This document shows, one piece after another, positions 26,835-39,238 of a stretch of DNA of 64,000 nt. The notes under the pieces are model-generated. The model made no database searches. It was not told where the DNA came from and worked only from the letters and a program-made list of their open reading frames with translations. Origin of the DNA: Azolla caroliniana (lineage: Eukaryota > Plantae > Polypodiophyta); the NCBI GenBank assembly GCA_043228905.1, contig JBHGNT010000002.1, positions 22,010,001 through 22,074,000 of the forward strand. Reading direction: 5' to 3'. Position 1 is the stretch's first letter; each line of letters starts with the position of its first letter. A program made the position numbers and the translations under genes.

Positions 26835-27162
26835 AGTTTGAAAATGTGAATGTGTTATTGTGTCATTTCTTCTTGTGTTGGTTGATGATCCATAGGTAGT
26901 AGTATTCCATGGTATAAAGTCAAAGAACCAAGAAAATGCGCAAATTATGAAAGCTAATTTTACATGGAACATGAGTGAGTTGCATACTATTGTGACTAGA
27001 GTGAATGAGTGAATTTGAAAATGTGAAAGTGTCATTTCTTCTTGTGTTGGCTCATGATCCATAGGTAGAGTATTCCATGGTATAAAGTGAAAGAATCAAG
27101 AAAAAGCCCAAATTATGAGAGTTAACTTTACTTGGAACTTGTGAGTTGCATATTAAAGTGAC
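26835..27162. repeat. Imperfect tandem duplication of about 170 bp
   Basis: gtcatttcttcttgtgttgg..tgatccataggtag..tattccatggtataaagt occurs at about 26862 and 27031. Confidence 0.8.
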
Positions 27163-27799
27163 AATCAAACATAGCCCAAATGGTAAGAGCTAACTTTACT
27201 TGAACAAAAGTGTTATGAGTTCAATGCAGATTAGAAGGATCATAGGGTAAAAGATATACAATTGCAAAAGACGAGAATTCATCTTGTTGTAACATGTAAA
27301 TGCGAAACTATGATATAATAATTGTGGAAGCTAAGTGACCATCTAGGGAGAAGTGGTGGTGCTTGCCATTCTACTTTTATTTGTCAAATGAGCTCTTGAA
27401 AGTTGTAAAAAGAAGTGAGCTCATTATTAGCTATTAAAAGAAGTGAACAAATCTCAAGGATGCATGGGGCCCCTATGTTGACAACATTGTTAATTCTTTG
27501 GCTACCAGAACATGTCATGAGGAGACCATCCTTTGACTTGTATTTCCACAAATAAACTAGTATTTGCTTCCAATATTGTTTGAGCTACAAAATCATGGAT
27601 ATGTGACATCAAGCTATTTTGAACTAGACAAACATTAAATAAATAACTCTTTTGACTTTCTATAAAGACCTATTTGGTTGTATCATGTTGCCAAAATAGT
27701 TCAAAGGAATTCCACCTCAAATTCTTGCATGCATTCTTGGCTAAGTGTAAAGAATAAGATATGATTCTGTGCAGCGGAAGAGATGTGTGTGTGTGTCGT

Positions 27800-27862
<63 letters not shown>

Positions 27863-29400
27863 ACAATATATATAGAAAACAACCGAAAAACTGTATTCAC
27901 AAGAACAAGAATGAACCAACTATTACAAATAGGAGGAGAGAGGTGCTAATGTAGTCACCTTCTCTCTATACAACCACCACTTACTAAAGAGTGGTGGAGA
28001 CTTAACTACACTAAATATGTGTCATAGAACTTTAAGGTTCTATGACACACTAGTTACTATATTAGGAGGTGGGGCGTTCACACTTGAGTATACTACGGTG
28101 TGTTCCCACACTAGGGAAGTTGAGTTTGATTCTCAACACGCCCCCTCAAACGCAACTTCCACTTGTCGAATAGTTGGTTCCAACTGGTCTTCGGGTTGGC
28201 TTTGTCTTTGGATGGCCGGCTTCGGATTGGTAACTCTGCAACGGTCAACGTCGTGTAGGACAGTTCCATACTCCCCCTCAAGCTCGACTGGTTAGCGGTT
28301 GAGAGACCTAGGTTCGTCGTGAACTGCAACAGCTTGTCGATCCCAATGGGCTTTGTGAATATGTCGACCATTTGCAGATTTGTGCTGATGTGTTGTAGGT
28401 CGATGTCTCCGGCGAAGACACGTTCTCAGATGAAATGATAGTGCACCTCAATGTGCTTAGTCCGAGCGTGGAAAATTGGGTTTCAGGCCAAGTGGATGAT
28501 GCTCATGTTGTTGCAATATAGGAGAATCAAATCCTTAATGGGAACACCCAGATCCTTTAATATTCTCTTAAGCCAAACAACTTCACATGCAGCGACAACC
28601 GCGCCCTTGTATTCGGCTTCTGTGCTCGATAGTGCGACTGTCAGCTGCTTCTTACTGGTCCAAGATATGGCTCCGGTACTGAGGGAGAATATGAATCCTG
28701 ATGTTGATCGTTTGTCGGCTTTGTAACCTGCCCAATTGGCATCGGTGTACCATTGGAGCCGAATCGTTATGGATGTTCTGTAGAGGATGCTGAAATCCAT
28801 GGTCCCACTCACATACCTTAGTACTCGCTCAACACAGTCGAGATGAATGTCACGTGGATTCTACATGAACTGGCTAACGAGGCCAACTGGATAGTTGAGG
28901 TCGGGTCGAGTAATAGTGAGGTAGATTAGGCTTCCGACTAGCTAACGATGGAAAGTTGGCTCACACTCTTCTGTGTCAGAATCGACATCTAGCTTTAGGT
29001 TTCGACTGAGAGGGGTAGCGATGGGCTTACACTCTGTCATCCCAAACTTGTAAAGAAGATTGAGGATATAGTGTCATTGGGAGATCATGATGCCGTCAGG
29101 AGTTCGAATTACTTCTATCCCTAGAAAGTAATGAAGCTCCTTCATGTCTTTCATTTAGAATCGGCCGGCGAGTAGCTTCTTGGTATGCTCGATATTGCCA
29201 ATGCGCTCTCCTCCAATGACCAAGTCGTGCAGATAAATTATGATGAATAGATGTCCTCTCGATTCGCTCCGGATGAATAGTTTCCTCTTCTACCGCATAT
29301 GGTAGATCCTTGCCACCGTCTGAACACTTTGCTCTTCTACCGCATATGGTAGATCCAGGTGTGCATGGAGAAGTCGTTGATGAATATCACATAATACCGG

Positions 29401-32400
29401 TGTCGTAGTGTATTTTGTACACTACGTGAAAAACGTATATAGTATTAGATTCAATAAAAAATGAAGAAATAGAAGAAAATAGCAAAATAAATGGAACATG
29501 CATAGGGCAAGATTCGAACCTTGCACCTCCATGTTAATAATGTAATGTCTTACTATTACACTAGCATTTCATTAGTGTTAAAGCATAGATGTCCCACATA
29601 GAAAGGTAAATTCACGCTAGGATAAACATTAGAAAAACGCATAACAAAAGAAAAAGCTACACATACACATTTAGCGTGCATGATAAAAAACGCACAAGTT
29701 AGAAAAAAGCATGATCACTTTAGATAAAGCATATAGTCTATCTATAGGAAAAGCATGGGGTCTATAGTTAGAGAAAAAGCATGGATTACTAAGACTTCCT
29801 CATCACTACATAAGGATGGGAAGCACAATGTAATTATGTGTGAAATACTTGGAAACTGGATATGTTTCTAAAAAACACCAATTAATAAACTATACTCGTG
29901 GGATTCACGAGAATTCTATATCATTCTCTTTCAACCGAAGTTTATATTCTTATATTCATATTGATTAATCTAATACAATACACTCGTGGGATTCACGAGT
30001 TTGCTATAACTCTTTCTTACAACATATTTATATTCTTATTAGCCTTAAAACTCTCCTCTTCCTAGTCCAAAACCCTTGCGGTTCCCACCTGACTCACGCA
30101 ACGATCTGGCGCCGAAAGGCACGACACAAGTTGGTGAACCCGACGTGAAGGCGGGTGGCAAGGAGATGGAGAATCAACAAGAGGCGATGAACATGATGAT
30201 GATAATGTTTGAGCGGATGCAACAAGAACAACGTGCGATGTCGGAGATGAAGGCGGCAGTAGAGCGGCTCGTACAACGAAACGGGGAATTCAACGGTAAG
30301 GGTGTGTCACGCTACCTACGTGAATATAAGGCGGAGATGATGCAATATCGGATACCGGAAGGATTGCAAGTGATATCCTTTAGTCGGGTGGCCTCGGACG
30401 AACTACAAGAGAGAATCCACAAGATACAACAACAAAACTCGACATGGGAGTCCTTTGAAGAAGCTTTACGGGAGGCATATGACTATGAGAGATGGACGGG
30501 ACGAGATCGATGAGAATTCGACGAATGGGTGGCGTCGGAGAAGACTCACCGAAGTGCAACGCAAGCGTTCCTAGAGTTCGAGCATCGTTTTGCTCGACTC
30601 TCGGAGCGGGAACGAAGATTGGTGGGAGAAGATAAAGTCTTAATGTTCGTAAGATCGATCGATCGAAAAGAAAGGATGGACATCGGGATCGAACTCGAAG
30701 ATGATGACGGTGCGAACGGTCTTACCGAGGATTGGGCCAAAGTCGAAAGGGTATGCCGAAGACATGATGAAAGGAAGCTGAGAATCTCGTCAACAACGAC
30801 ATGGCCCATGAAGGATGGTCGATTGAGGAAAAACGATGAAGCCAATATGAAGGCCGAAATACAACATGATGGTACCACGGGAGAAAGAGTGGAACAAGAC
30901 ACCCACTCGTCTTGTGAAAGAACGATGGCGAAGGATAAGGCCGATAATTCAAGTGTAGAAGGAAATTTCGGGATACAAGTGCCTGAGACATCGGGTCAAA
31001 AAGGGGTAAGCATAATAGATGTTTGCATAATTGATGCAGATAAAGAGTGTGAAGCGGATGTGATTAAGGAGGTAGCCACAAAAGACGAAATCGAATCGGA
31101 GGTGGCTATGGACGAATCAATGGCGGATTGCCATATCGAGACTTCCCCACCACTGATTCCAGAGACTCCGGCGGTTGCGATCGAAAGGCAACGTGAGACC
31201 GAAGAGACGGAAGGTGGCGGAGAGAAAACGAATGTCGAAGCCGACGAATACGATGAAGAGATAGCCGAGAAGAATGCTAAGGGTGAAACTACGAAAGAAG
31301 GTAATACCGAGGATTCATGCCAACAATATCTAGAGACTTCGGCGGTTGTGTCCGAGAACCAACGTGAGACCGGAGAGACGGGAGATGGCGGCGAGGAAGG
31401 TAAAGTCGGAAGTCGGTTCGGATGGAAAATGATCCATCCGAAATTCCAATCTAAAAGAACGTGCGACAATGCGGAGGTCGGGACTACGACGGGAGAAGCG
31501 CGTAATACAGAGCACGCTCTACGGCGAATAAAGAAACGCGTGTTATGGCGAATAAAGAAGCACGCGCTACGGCGAGAAAAGAAGCATGCATTACAACCAC
31601 ACGAGGACCGAACAACGAGCACATATCGGAGGACCTACGTAGCGAACAACGGAAAGAAGTGCCAAACGTCGAACCGGACAAGGCAGGTGAAAACGAAGAA
31701 AAGAAAGCAAATCCGGACGAAAAGAAAAGAAAAGAAACCGACCCGAAAGAGCACTGAATCGGTAAAAACCGATCAACCGAGTCCGGATCGACCGAATACA
31801 AATCGGAAAGGAAGCCGAACTAAACGAAAGACGATCCGACGAGACCGAATCGGAAGTAAGCTAATCCGACTAAACCGAAAATCCGAAAAGAAGTCGAGAT
31901 TGATGAAGAAAAGAAAGAGGGCAAGAAAAGATACTACCGCGGATGACAAGGACCAAGCGGGCCATGCAAAAAGCGAACGAAGACTATGGTGGATCGGATG
32001 TCGACAATGGTTCGGGTGGAAAGAATGGATGTGCTCCAAATGGAGAGACAAAGTCAACATAACAAGAGAAGTCGAGGGTACTACGAGCCGGCAACGAAAC
32101 CAATCGGGTAGAGACCGGACGGAGGAGACTAACAAACACCAACAACTTCGGCACATACCGGAGGATGTGCGGGTTTGGAGGGGGTGAGTGTCGTAGTGTA
32201 TTTTGTACACTACGTGAAAAACGTATATAGTATTAGATTCAATAAAAAATGAAGAAATAGAAGAAAATAGCAAAATAAATGGAACATGCATAGGGCAAGA
32301 TTCGAACCTTGCACCTCCATGTTAATAATGTAATGTCTTACTATTACACTAGCATTTCATTAGTGTTAAAGCATAGATGTCCCACATAGAAAGGTAAATT

Positions 32401-32914
32401 CACGCTAGGATAAACATTAGAAAAACGCATAACAAAAGAAAAAGCTACACATACACATTTAGCGTGCATGATAAAAAACGCACAAGTTAGAAAAAAGCAT
32501 GATCACTTTAGATAAAGCATATAGTCTATCTATAGGAAAAGCATGGGGTCTATAGTTAGAGAAAAAGCATGGATTACTAAGACTTCCTCATCACTACATA
32601 AGGATGGGAAGCACAATGTAATTATGTGTGAAATACTTGGAAACTGGATATGTTTCTAAAAAACACCAATTAATAAACTATACTCGTGGGATTCACGAGA
32701 ATTCTATATCATTCTCTTTCAACCGAAGTTTATATTCTTATATTCATATTGATTAATCTAATACAATACACTCGTGGGATTCACGAGTTTGCTATAACTC
32801 TTTCTTACAACATATTTATATTCTTATTAGCCTTAAAACTCTCCTCTTCCTAGTCCAAAACCCTTGCGGTTCCCACCTGACTCACGCAACGATCTGGCGC
32901 CGAAAGGCACGACA
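29401..32914 (+). mobile_element. Non-autonomous gag-only LTR element (type A), 3514 bp
   Basis: 726-bp LTRs 29401-30126 and 32189-32914, identical by eye; TSD CCGG; PBS tggtgaacccgacgtgaa (tRNA-Trp) at 30132; G-rich PPT; no pol. Confidence 0.95.
30166..32187 (+). pseudogene. Gag N-terminal domain fused to acidic then basic low-complexity tail (about 673 codons, one internal TGA at 30511)
   Basis: Two in-frame ORFs; GEFNGK..YLREYKAEM, VLMFVRSID and LTEDWAKVERVC align with the helper Gag at 36300. Confidence 0.85.
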
Positions 32915-35900
32915 CCGGCAACCACCAAATGTTGCCGTTTGGCCCTATACATTTGAATGTACTACATCTAGGATCCTTTTGCTCACGTTCCTCTCTTTTG
33001 GGAACGGTTGACGATGATGTTTTCCGAAATTGACAGGCTTCACATACACTTACAATCTCCTTTTCGGTAAAAGTCGGGAGTCTGATGACAACTCCTTTCA
33101 ACTGCATTCCTTTGGGCTTTTGGGGATTGATGTGGCCGATTCCTTTGTGCCACAACTCTATGTCGGTGTCCACTTTACAGCCCTTGGCATACATTGCCGA
33201 TTTCATCTCGTGAGAATCGAGGTTGAACATTCAGCCTTCTCTTCGACCATGAGCGATATTTCAGCCTCCGTCATTGAATCAAACTTGCATGCCTTGTTCC
33301 ACGATCTGGCCGACCGAGACCAGATTCTTCATTATAGTTGGAACATGCAAGACGTTACCCACATGCTGAATGGGGTGAATTGTGTCATCCCCAGTTTCCA
33401 CATATCCGGGCTCTCGAAACCAATCTTCATGAGACGTCATGTGATTGGATGCACCCGAATCGACAAAACATACATTAAATTTTTCCGAGTTGGAGGTACT
33501 TGTCGGACATGCTGCCATCATTGAATTCGCTCTGTGTCGCATCATGAACATTCCATCACGATCTTCGTAATTGGAGTTTGAGGTGCAGTTGGTGAGTTGC
33601 CGGCTTGTGAAGGACGACTCACTCTTCTTCTGTCAACACTTTGCCTCATATTGGCCGAATTTGCCACAATATCCACACTGGGCGGAATTGTTTTGTCGGA
33701 TGGGGGCGGCATGATTGCTCCCCCTTCTACCAGATGCTCTGCCTCGCGCGTTCAACACGTCTTATTGGTAGTAGAAATTGTGTTCTCAAGGTTGTTCCTA
33801 GTTGTATTAGCCTTGGCCAAATCAGCCACTTCTTCCCCGACCTTGTCATCTTCCTCCATTGAAATTCGGATAGAGCATGTGTCCTTGCACATTGCTTCTT
33901 GTCCGAACATAATTTTCTTCGACTAGTAGCATCGACTAGAGATCGAAGAAGGTGGGAGGATTCTCCGTCGCGAGGATGACTGACCTTATCACGCCGAACC
34001 GAGGTGCTAAGCCACCGATGCATATTTGCACCGATTCATCGTTGTCGATGTTGACGTTGATTGACCCGAGGGAGTCACACAACTCCTTGATCTTCAAGGT
34101 GTAGCTTCCGATTGATATGTCCCTCTGTTGTATACTATTCAACTCTTGACGAAGTTGAAGCTTTCTTGCGGTCATGTTGGCCGCGAATATCTTTTTGAGA
34201 TTCCCCCATGTCTCCTTTGGTGTTTTGGCCTCTTGGATACCCACCGAGAAGGTATTGGCGCATCTTGTATTCCCAAGATACAAAGTTGTTTGTGTCGAGT
34301 TTCTCGGTGGGAAGAGCGCTTCCCATATGAGTATTGATGTTGATTGATTTGTATTGAGTGGGTTTTCTTCTTCTCTTGATACGAACAGTGCAGGTTGTTG
34401 TTACAATGATCGGTCGGTTCTTCTTGAACGTAGAGTTAGACACAACACACACGGATATGATAGGCTTGGATCAAGCTACCAAGCGCTTTGATACCATGTA
34501 AAGAATCGGATATGATTCTGTGTAGCGGAAGAGATGTGTGTGTGTGTTGTCGAGAGAGAGAGAGAGAGAATACAATGTATATAGAAAACAACCGAAAAAC
34601 TGTATTCACAAGAACAAGAATGAACCAACTATTACAAAGAGGAGGAGAGAGGTGCTTATGTAATCACCTTCTCTCTATACAACCACCACTTACTAAAGAG
34701 TGGTGGAGACTTAACTACACTAAATATGTGTCATAGAACTTTAAGGTTTTATGACACACTAGTTACTATATTAGGAGGTGGGGTGTTCACACTTGAGTAT
34801 ATTAGGTTGTGTTCCCACACTAGGGAAGTTGAGTTTGATTCTCAACACTAAGAAATCAATGATAGAAATTATGATTGCACTATTGTAGCAATCCATGCAT
34901 AGGCCACTTTACAAATTTCCAATACATCAACTTTTCATCTTTTTAAGTTCTCAAGTTGCTTGATCTTTGGCAAGAATATTGCACATTAGAGGATATCTAA
35001 GATGGAGAACAATCTTATTTCGAATGTCATCAGTGAATTATGAAAAGAAGCATCTTACAAAAGTTCAATCCGGCAACTAAAGCATAAGTCCACTTGCATC
35101 AATAAAAGTCCACTAGGGCACAAAGGTACAATCAACAACATATGGTTACGTGTTTGACGATGACAATTTTACACCTTTTAGACTATTACGGCACCATGAA
35201 CACATTTAGTAGTTAAGGTGTTGAATTCAATACCACTATTACGAACCCTTAAATGTAAATGAAATGTAAAGTGACTAGATACCCTAAACCAAATGTTGAA
35301 AGCCTAAAAAAGAAAGAAATTGAAGAAGAAGAAAACCAAAAAGAAAGAATTCAAAGAAGAAAAAGATTCAAACCATAGACCTAACAAATCTTACAAATAA
35401 CTCTAACTACTACCCTATTCATTTTTGCTTTATTATCTTACTATTTTATACTTTATTAGCTTTACTTTTTTGAGAGTCGACCTCCTACCTAGAGTTGGTG
35501 GGGCTCCTGGTGACAGAAACAGTTAGACAACCAGGCTCCTGGTGACAGAGTCGGGCTCCTAGTGATAGAGGCTGTCAACTTTTTATCCACATCGGACGGT
35601 GCAGATTGCATGTTGTCGTGAAGAAAATCGGCCATAGGCGGAATCAGAGAAAAAGGCGCATGAACCGGCTCTTACATGGGTGGACGCGAGAATTGATATT
35701 TTGTACATAATTCATAATTAGGCCGGCTAATGTAAATACTAGGTAGTACACGTTTCCTAGGGGATTTGTGCGTATCTCTGCCGAAAGGGACAGGGAATAA
35801 AGCGATTTGACAAGGGGGGAGGGTGGTCTCCCCTCAGCGAACTATTTAAGGAAGGAGAGAAGGAAGAGGAAGGGGGGGGTGTGAGCAAGGACGAAGTGTT

Positions 35901-36158
35901 GCAGGATCGAGTGACGAGCTCTCTCTCCTCCTCTGATCGTCATTTTCTGTGGGTGTTGGGAGTTTGACGCCTCTGCTTGGTGGGTAGCCCGTGCGCTGCC
36001 AGCAGAGGCTCTCCCTTCTACGTTTTTTTGGGTCCAGTGTGTTCCGTCTGTGTGCGTGAGTAGGGTCCCCGTGTCGGGTCCATCGCTGGCTTGCCGGTTG
36101 TAACCGTCAGAGTTTGTAATCTCTTGATATTGTAATCGACTGTTATTGTAATTAGAGG

Positions 36159-36194
<36 letters not shown>

Positions 36195-36299
36195 TGGTTC
36201 AAGGCCCTCGTGGTCCCGCCTCTTTCTGCACGCGAAGTGCGTGATAACACGACATATTTGGTGAACCCGACGTGAAACAGGCGGCAAAGGAGTCGGAAG

Positions 36300-38426
36300 A
36301 TGAGGGGATCGGAGCTAACAGAGGCAATGGCGGTAGCCGTCGACCAGCTGGTGAGCGCTCGCGAGGGGACGGGTACCCTCGACAGAGCCATTGAATCGAT
36401 CGTCGGTAGCATAGGCCGATTTGGTGGGAAGAATCCCACAAGTTATTTGGAGGCTTACCGGGCCGAAATGATCATGAGGGATATCCCGGTGGACATGCGG
36501 TTGTCCGGATTCCCTCGGGTGGTGACGCCGAGCATCCACGTGGAGGTGCTGGCCGGATGCCAGACTTGGGAGGAGTTCGAGCTGCAGCTCCTCGAGAAGT
36601 ACGAGTTTGATGACTCGCTTCGGCTGTCGAGGCGGGACTTCATGGCGTGGGTGGAAAGCCCCGGAAAGGGGAGGAACACGTCGGCGCTCCTCCAGGAGTT
36701 CGAAAAGCGATTCGCGCGGCTGTCGACGCTGGACCGGACCGTGCTCGAAATGAGTCGAGTACTACTGTTTGTCAAGTCGGTGAACGCACTCGATAGGGAA
36801 AGGGTGGGTCCCCTATTGGAGACGGACGAAGGGCTCACGACAGACTGGGCCGTGGTAAAACGGGTCTGCAGCCGTTTCGACAAACGACGCGAGTGGAGCG
36901 ACGAAAGCTCGTCTGAGTCAGGACCGGTCCCGACGAGGAGGCTCGAGGAGCCGGTATCGGTGCCAGTTGGTAGGAAGGAAGAGACCCGAATTTGGCTGGA
37001 GTCGGGGTCGGCATCGAACGATGTGGTCAGAGGCCCATCCGGAGGAGCGGCTCTAGAGGAGCTGACACAGATGGTGCGCGACCTGCAGATTGCACAGGCC
37101 CGGAGAGACAGCGGCGAACAACCTCGCGACCGGAGGCCGCTGGCTAGGCAATGGTGCATGTGGTGTGATGCGATCGGTCACATTCGGAAGGATTGCGCGG
37201 ATTTTGCTGACGCACTCAGGACCAACGTGGTGTACCTCTGGAACGGGCGGGTGCACGCGAGCGAGACCCGGAGAGCCTTAGAACTGAATACGGGGCGCGA
37301 CGGAATGAAGAAGTTGATGGAAGAGGCCGCGACACGGCATGTAGAAGCCGTTAACTACTCAATGTCGGTGGGAATTCGAGTTGGGGGTGATGAGAACCGG
37401 AAGACGAAGGACTCCGGATTCTGGCCGCTAGTGCAAGAAGGCCTCTCTGGAGTTCGGCTGAAGAAGGAAGAGGTGGACCGCGCGGAACAACGGGTCTAGG
37501 AGGTCACCAGATGGGACAATCCGGTCGAAGAGAAAACGGGCTTCGTAGAAGCCGCTTGCCAGAACTACGAGGTTCTAGTGGAAGACAAACGGGCAGGAAA
37601 GGCAGGAGGGGTCGGTCCCCCGCAGAGGTACGAGACCCGGTTCAGACCGAAACCGACTGGTACCGGCAACCCAGGCGCGCCGAATGGGAAGAAGTAGGCG
37701 GGGTTTCGGTTGAGCACTGAAATCGAGAGAGCAATAGACCTACGGAAGGTCCTTGAAGAGCGAATCCTCGACAATAAAGTGGAGATCTCGTTGCGGGAGG
37801 TGCTGGGAATCGCCAAGAGGGAGTTCCACGACTCCATCGTAGACTTGGTGAAGCCGAAGAGGCTCTCGATGGAGCCGGAACCGGAGAAGCCAATGGAGGT
37901 GCGGCCTACGCACGTAGAAGACACGACCCTAGAAGACGAGTTGGCTGAAAGCCACTACGCGAAGCCGCATTGGGCCAGGGCAACTACAGAAACCCTTGTG
38001 CGGATCGGCGACGTTCCGGAACCGGTGGTGGCGTTGGTAGACCATGGATCCGAAATCAACCTGATGTCCATGGATTTCTACAAGAAGGGCAAATGGCCGA
38101 TCAACACCAGGCATCGGTGGAAGATACGCGTGGCGGCGCGTGCTACGGAGGAGCTGCATGGTGCGTGCCCGAAGGTACGCGTAAAGGTCGGTGATGTCGA
38201 AATAGATCAACATTTCTTCGTGCAGGAAACATCTTCGCACCCGGTGATTCTTGGCGAACCGTACATTACGACAACACACATGGAGACGAAGGTGCTGGAC
38301 AACGGTTCGGCGTACCCGCGCGTCAAGAGCCAAGACGGTCGGCATTCCGTCCAGTTCATGACCGTACGTCCGAACCATGAGAGGAATCGCGAGAACCTCG
38401 ACGGCGACAACCGAGGGGATTTTTAG
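36300..38426 (+). pseudogene. Helper gag-protease ORF (two internal TAG)
   Basis: CMWCDAIGHIRKDC knuckle and VALVDHGSEINLM protease in one frame, stops at 37497 and 37696. Confidence 0.9.
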
Positions 38427-38482
38427 AAAGGGCTATCAAGGCGTGGGGCCGCGGTAGTCCGGACGTATCGGAAGACCCCCAC
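38417..38482 (+). promoter_or_regulatory. Putative -1 programmed ribosomal frameshift signal (G GAT TTT plus H-type pseudoknot)
   Basis: Heptamer 38417-38423 directly before the gag-pro stop; 6-nt spacer; stem 1 gggctatc/ggtagtcc; stem 2 gtgggg/ccccac; the -1 frame is open into RT. Confidence 0.7.
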
Positions 38483-39238
38483 ACATGTACAGTAGGTAGG
38501 AAGTTTTGGTTCTCTGAAAACGGAGGTTGTACTATAGCCGGCGTCAGCGGCCGGGAGAGGAAGCGAGTGGAGGAGCGGCTCAGGGGATGCGGAGTCCTCT
38601 CCATCGACGAAGAAATCAGTGGCACCATGGAGGCGGTCTCTTTTGACGACACCTTGGGCGAGTTGCGAAAGGTGATCAGTGAAGTCCTTAGAGGAGACTG
38701 GACCGTTCCGGTTAGTTCGATGGGAATGTACGAAGTCATTGCGGACTTTTGGGAAAGGATCGGGTCGGATCGGACGGCCCGTGTGGATACAAAGTACAAG
38801 ACTGTGGACCGAAAGGTGAGGCCAGTCACGACACCCTTGCCGGAGGGCAGCGAGGAGCGGATAAAAGGGGTCGCGTCGGACCCAAGTTTACGGAATCCAG
38901 CTGGCATAGGGCACCGGTTCACCGACATAACACTACGGGAGCTCAAGGTCGGTGGGGGTGGCTTTCTACTGTCGGAGGAGATCGGGTGCGTGGACCCAAC
39001 GATCGTTGAACCGATGGTGATCTTCACGATACCGCCTGTACCGTGGAATCTCAAACCGATTCCGGTGCCAAGAGCTCACATCCCGAAGTTGATGGAGCTT
39101 CTGAAGCAAAAGGTGGAGATGGGCATCCTCGAACCGTCGAGTGCCCCATATTCGAATCGGTGGTTTACGGTGCCAAAGAAGAACGACACGTTGCGCTTCA
39201 TTCAGGACTTGCAACCGGTCAATAGGTTGACCATCCGT

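Larger units (their letters stand above)
27746..34847 (-). mobile_element. Internally deleted Ty1/copia with both LTRs
   Basis: LTRs 27746-28138 and 34497-34847 (TG..CA); TSD CTAAG; PBS tggtatcaaagc (iMet); PPT gtttgagggggcg; remnants of gag, VDSGASNHM protease, GAG-pre-integrase and RT/RNase H (ALSSTEAEY). Most of INT and the RT N-terminus are missing near 29300-29360. Confidence 0.95.

Noticed and set aside
25430-27745. Transposase remnant inside the TIR element
   Set aside because: No DDE, SWIM or hAT motif could be read with confidence; needs a translated HMM search.
36259-36276. tRNA-Trp gene at the PBS sites (also 30132, 43382, 61560)
   Set aside because: Only the 18-nt complement of the tRNA 3' end including CCA, which is a primer-binding site.
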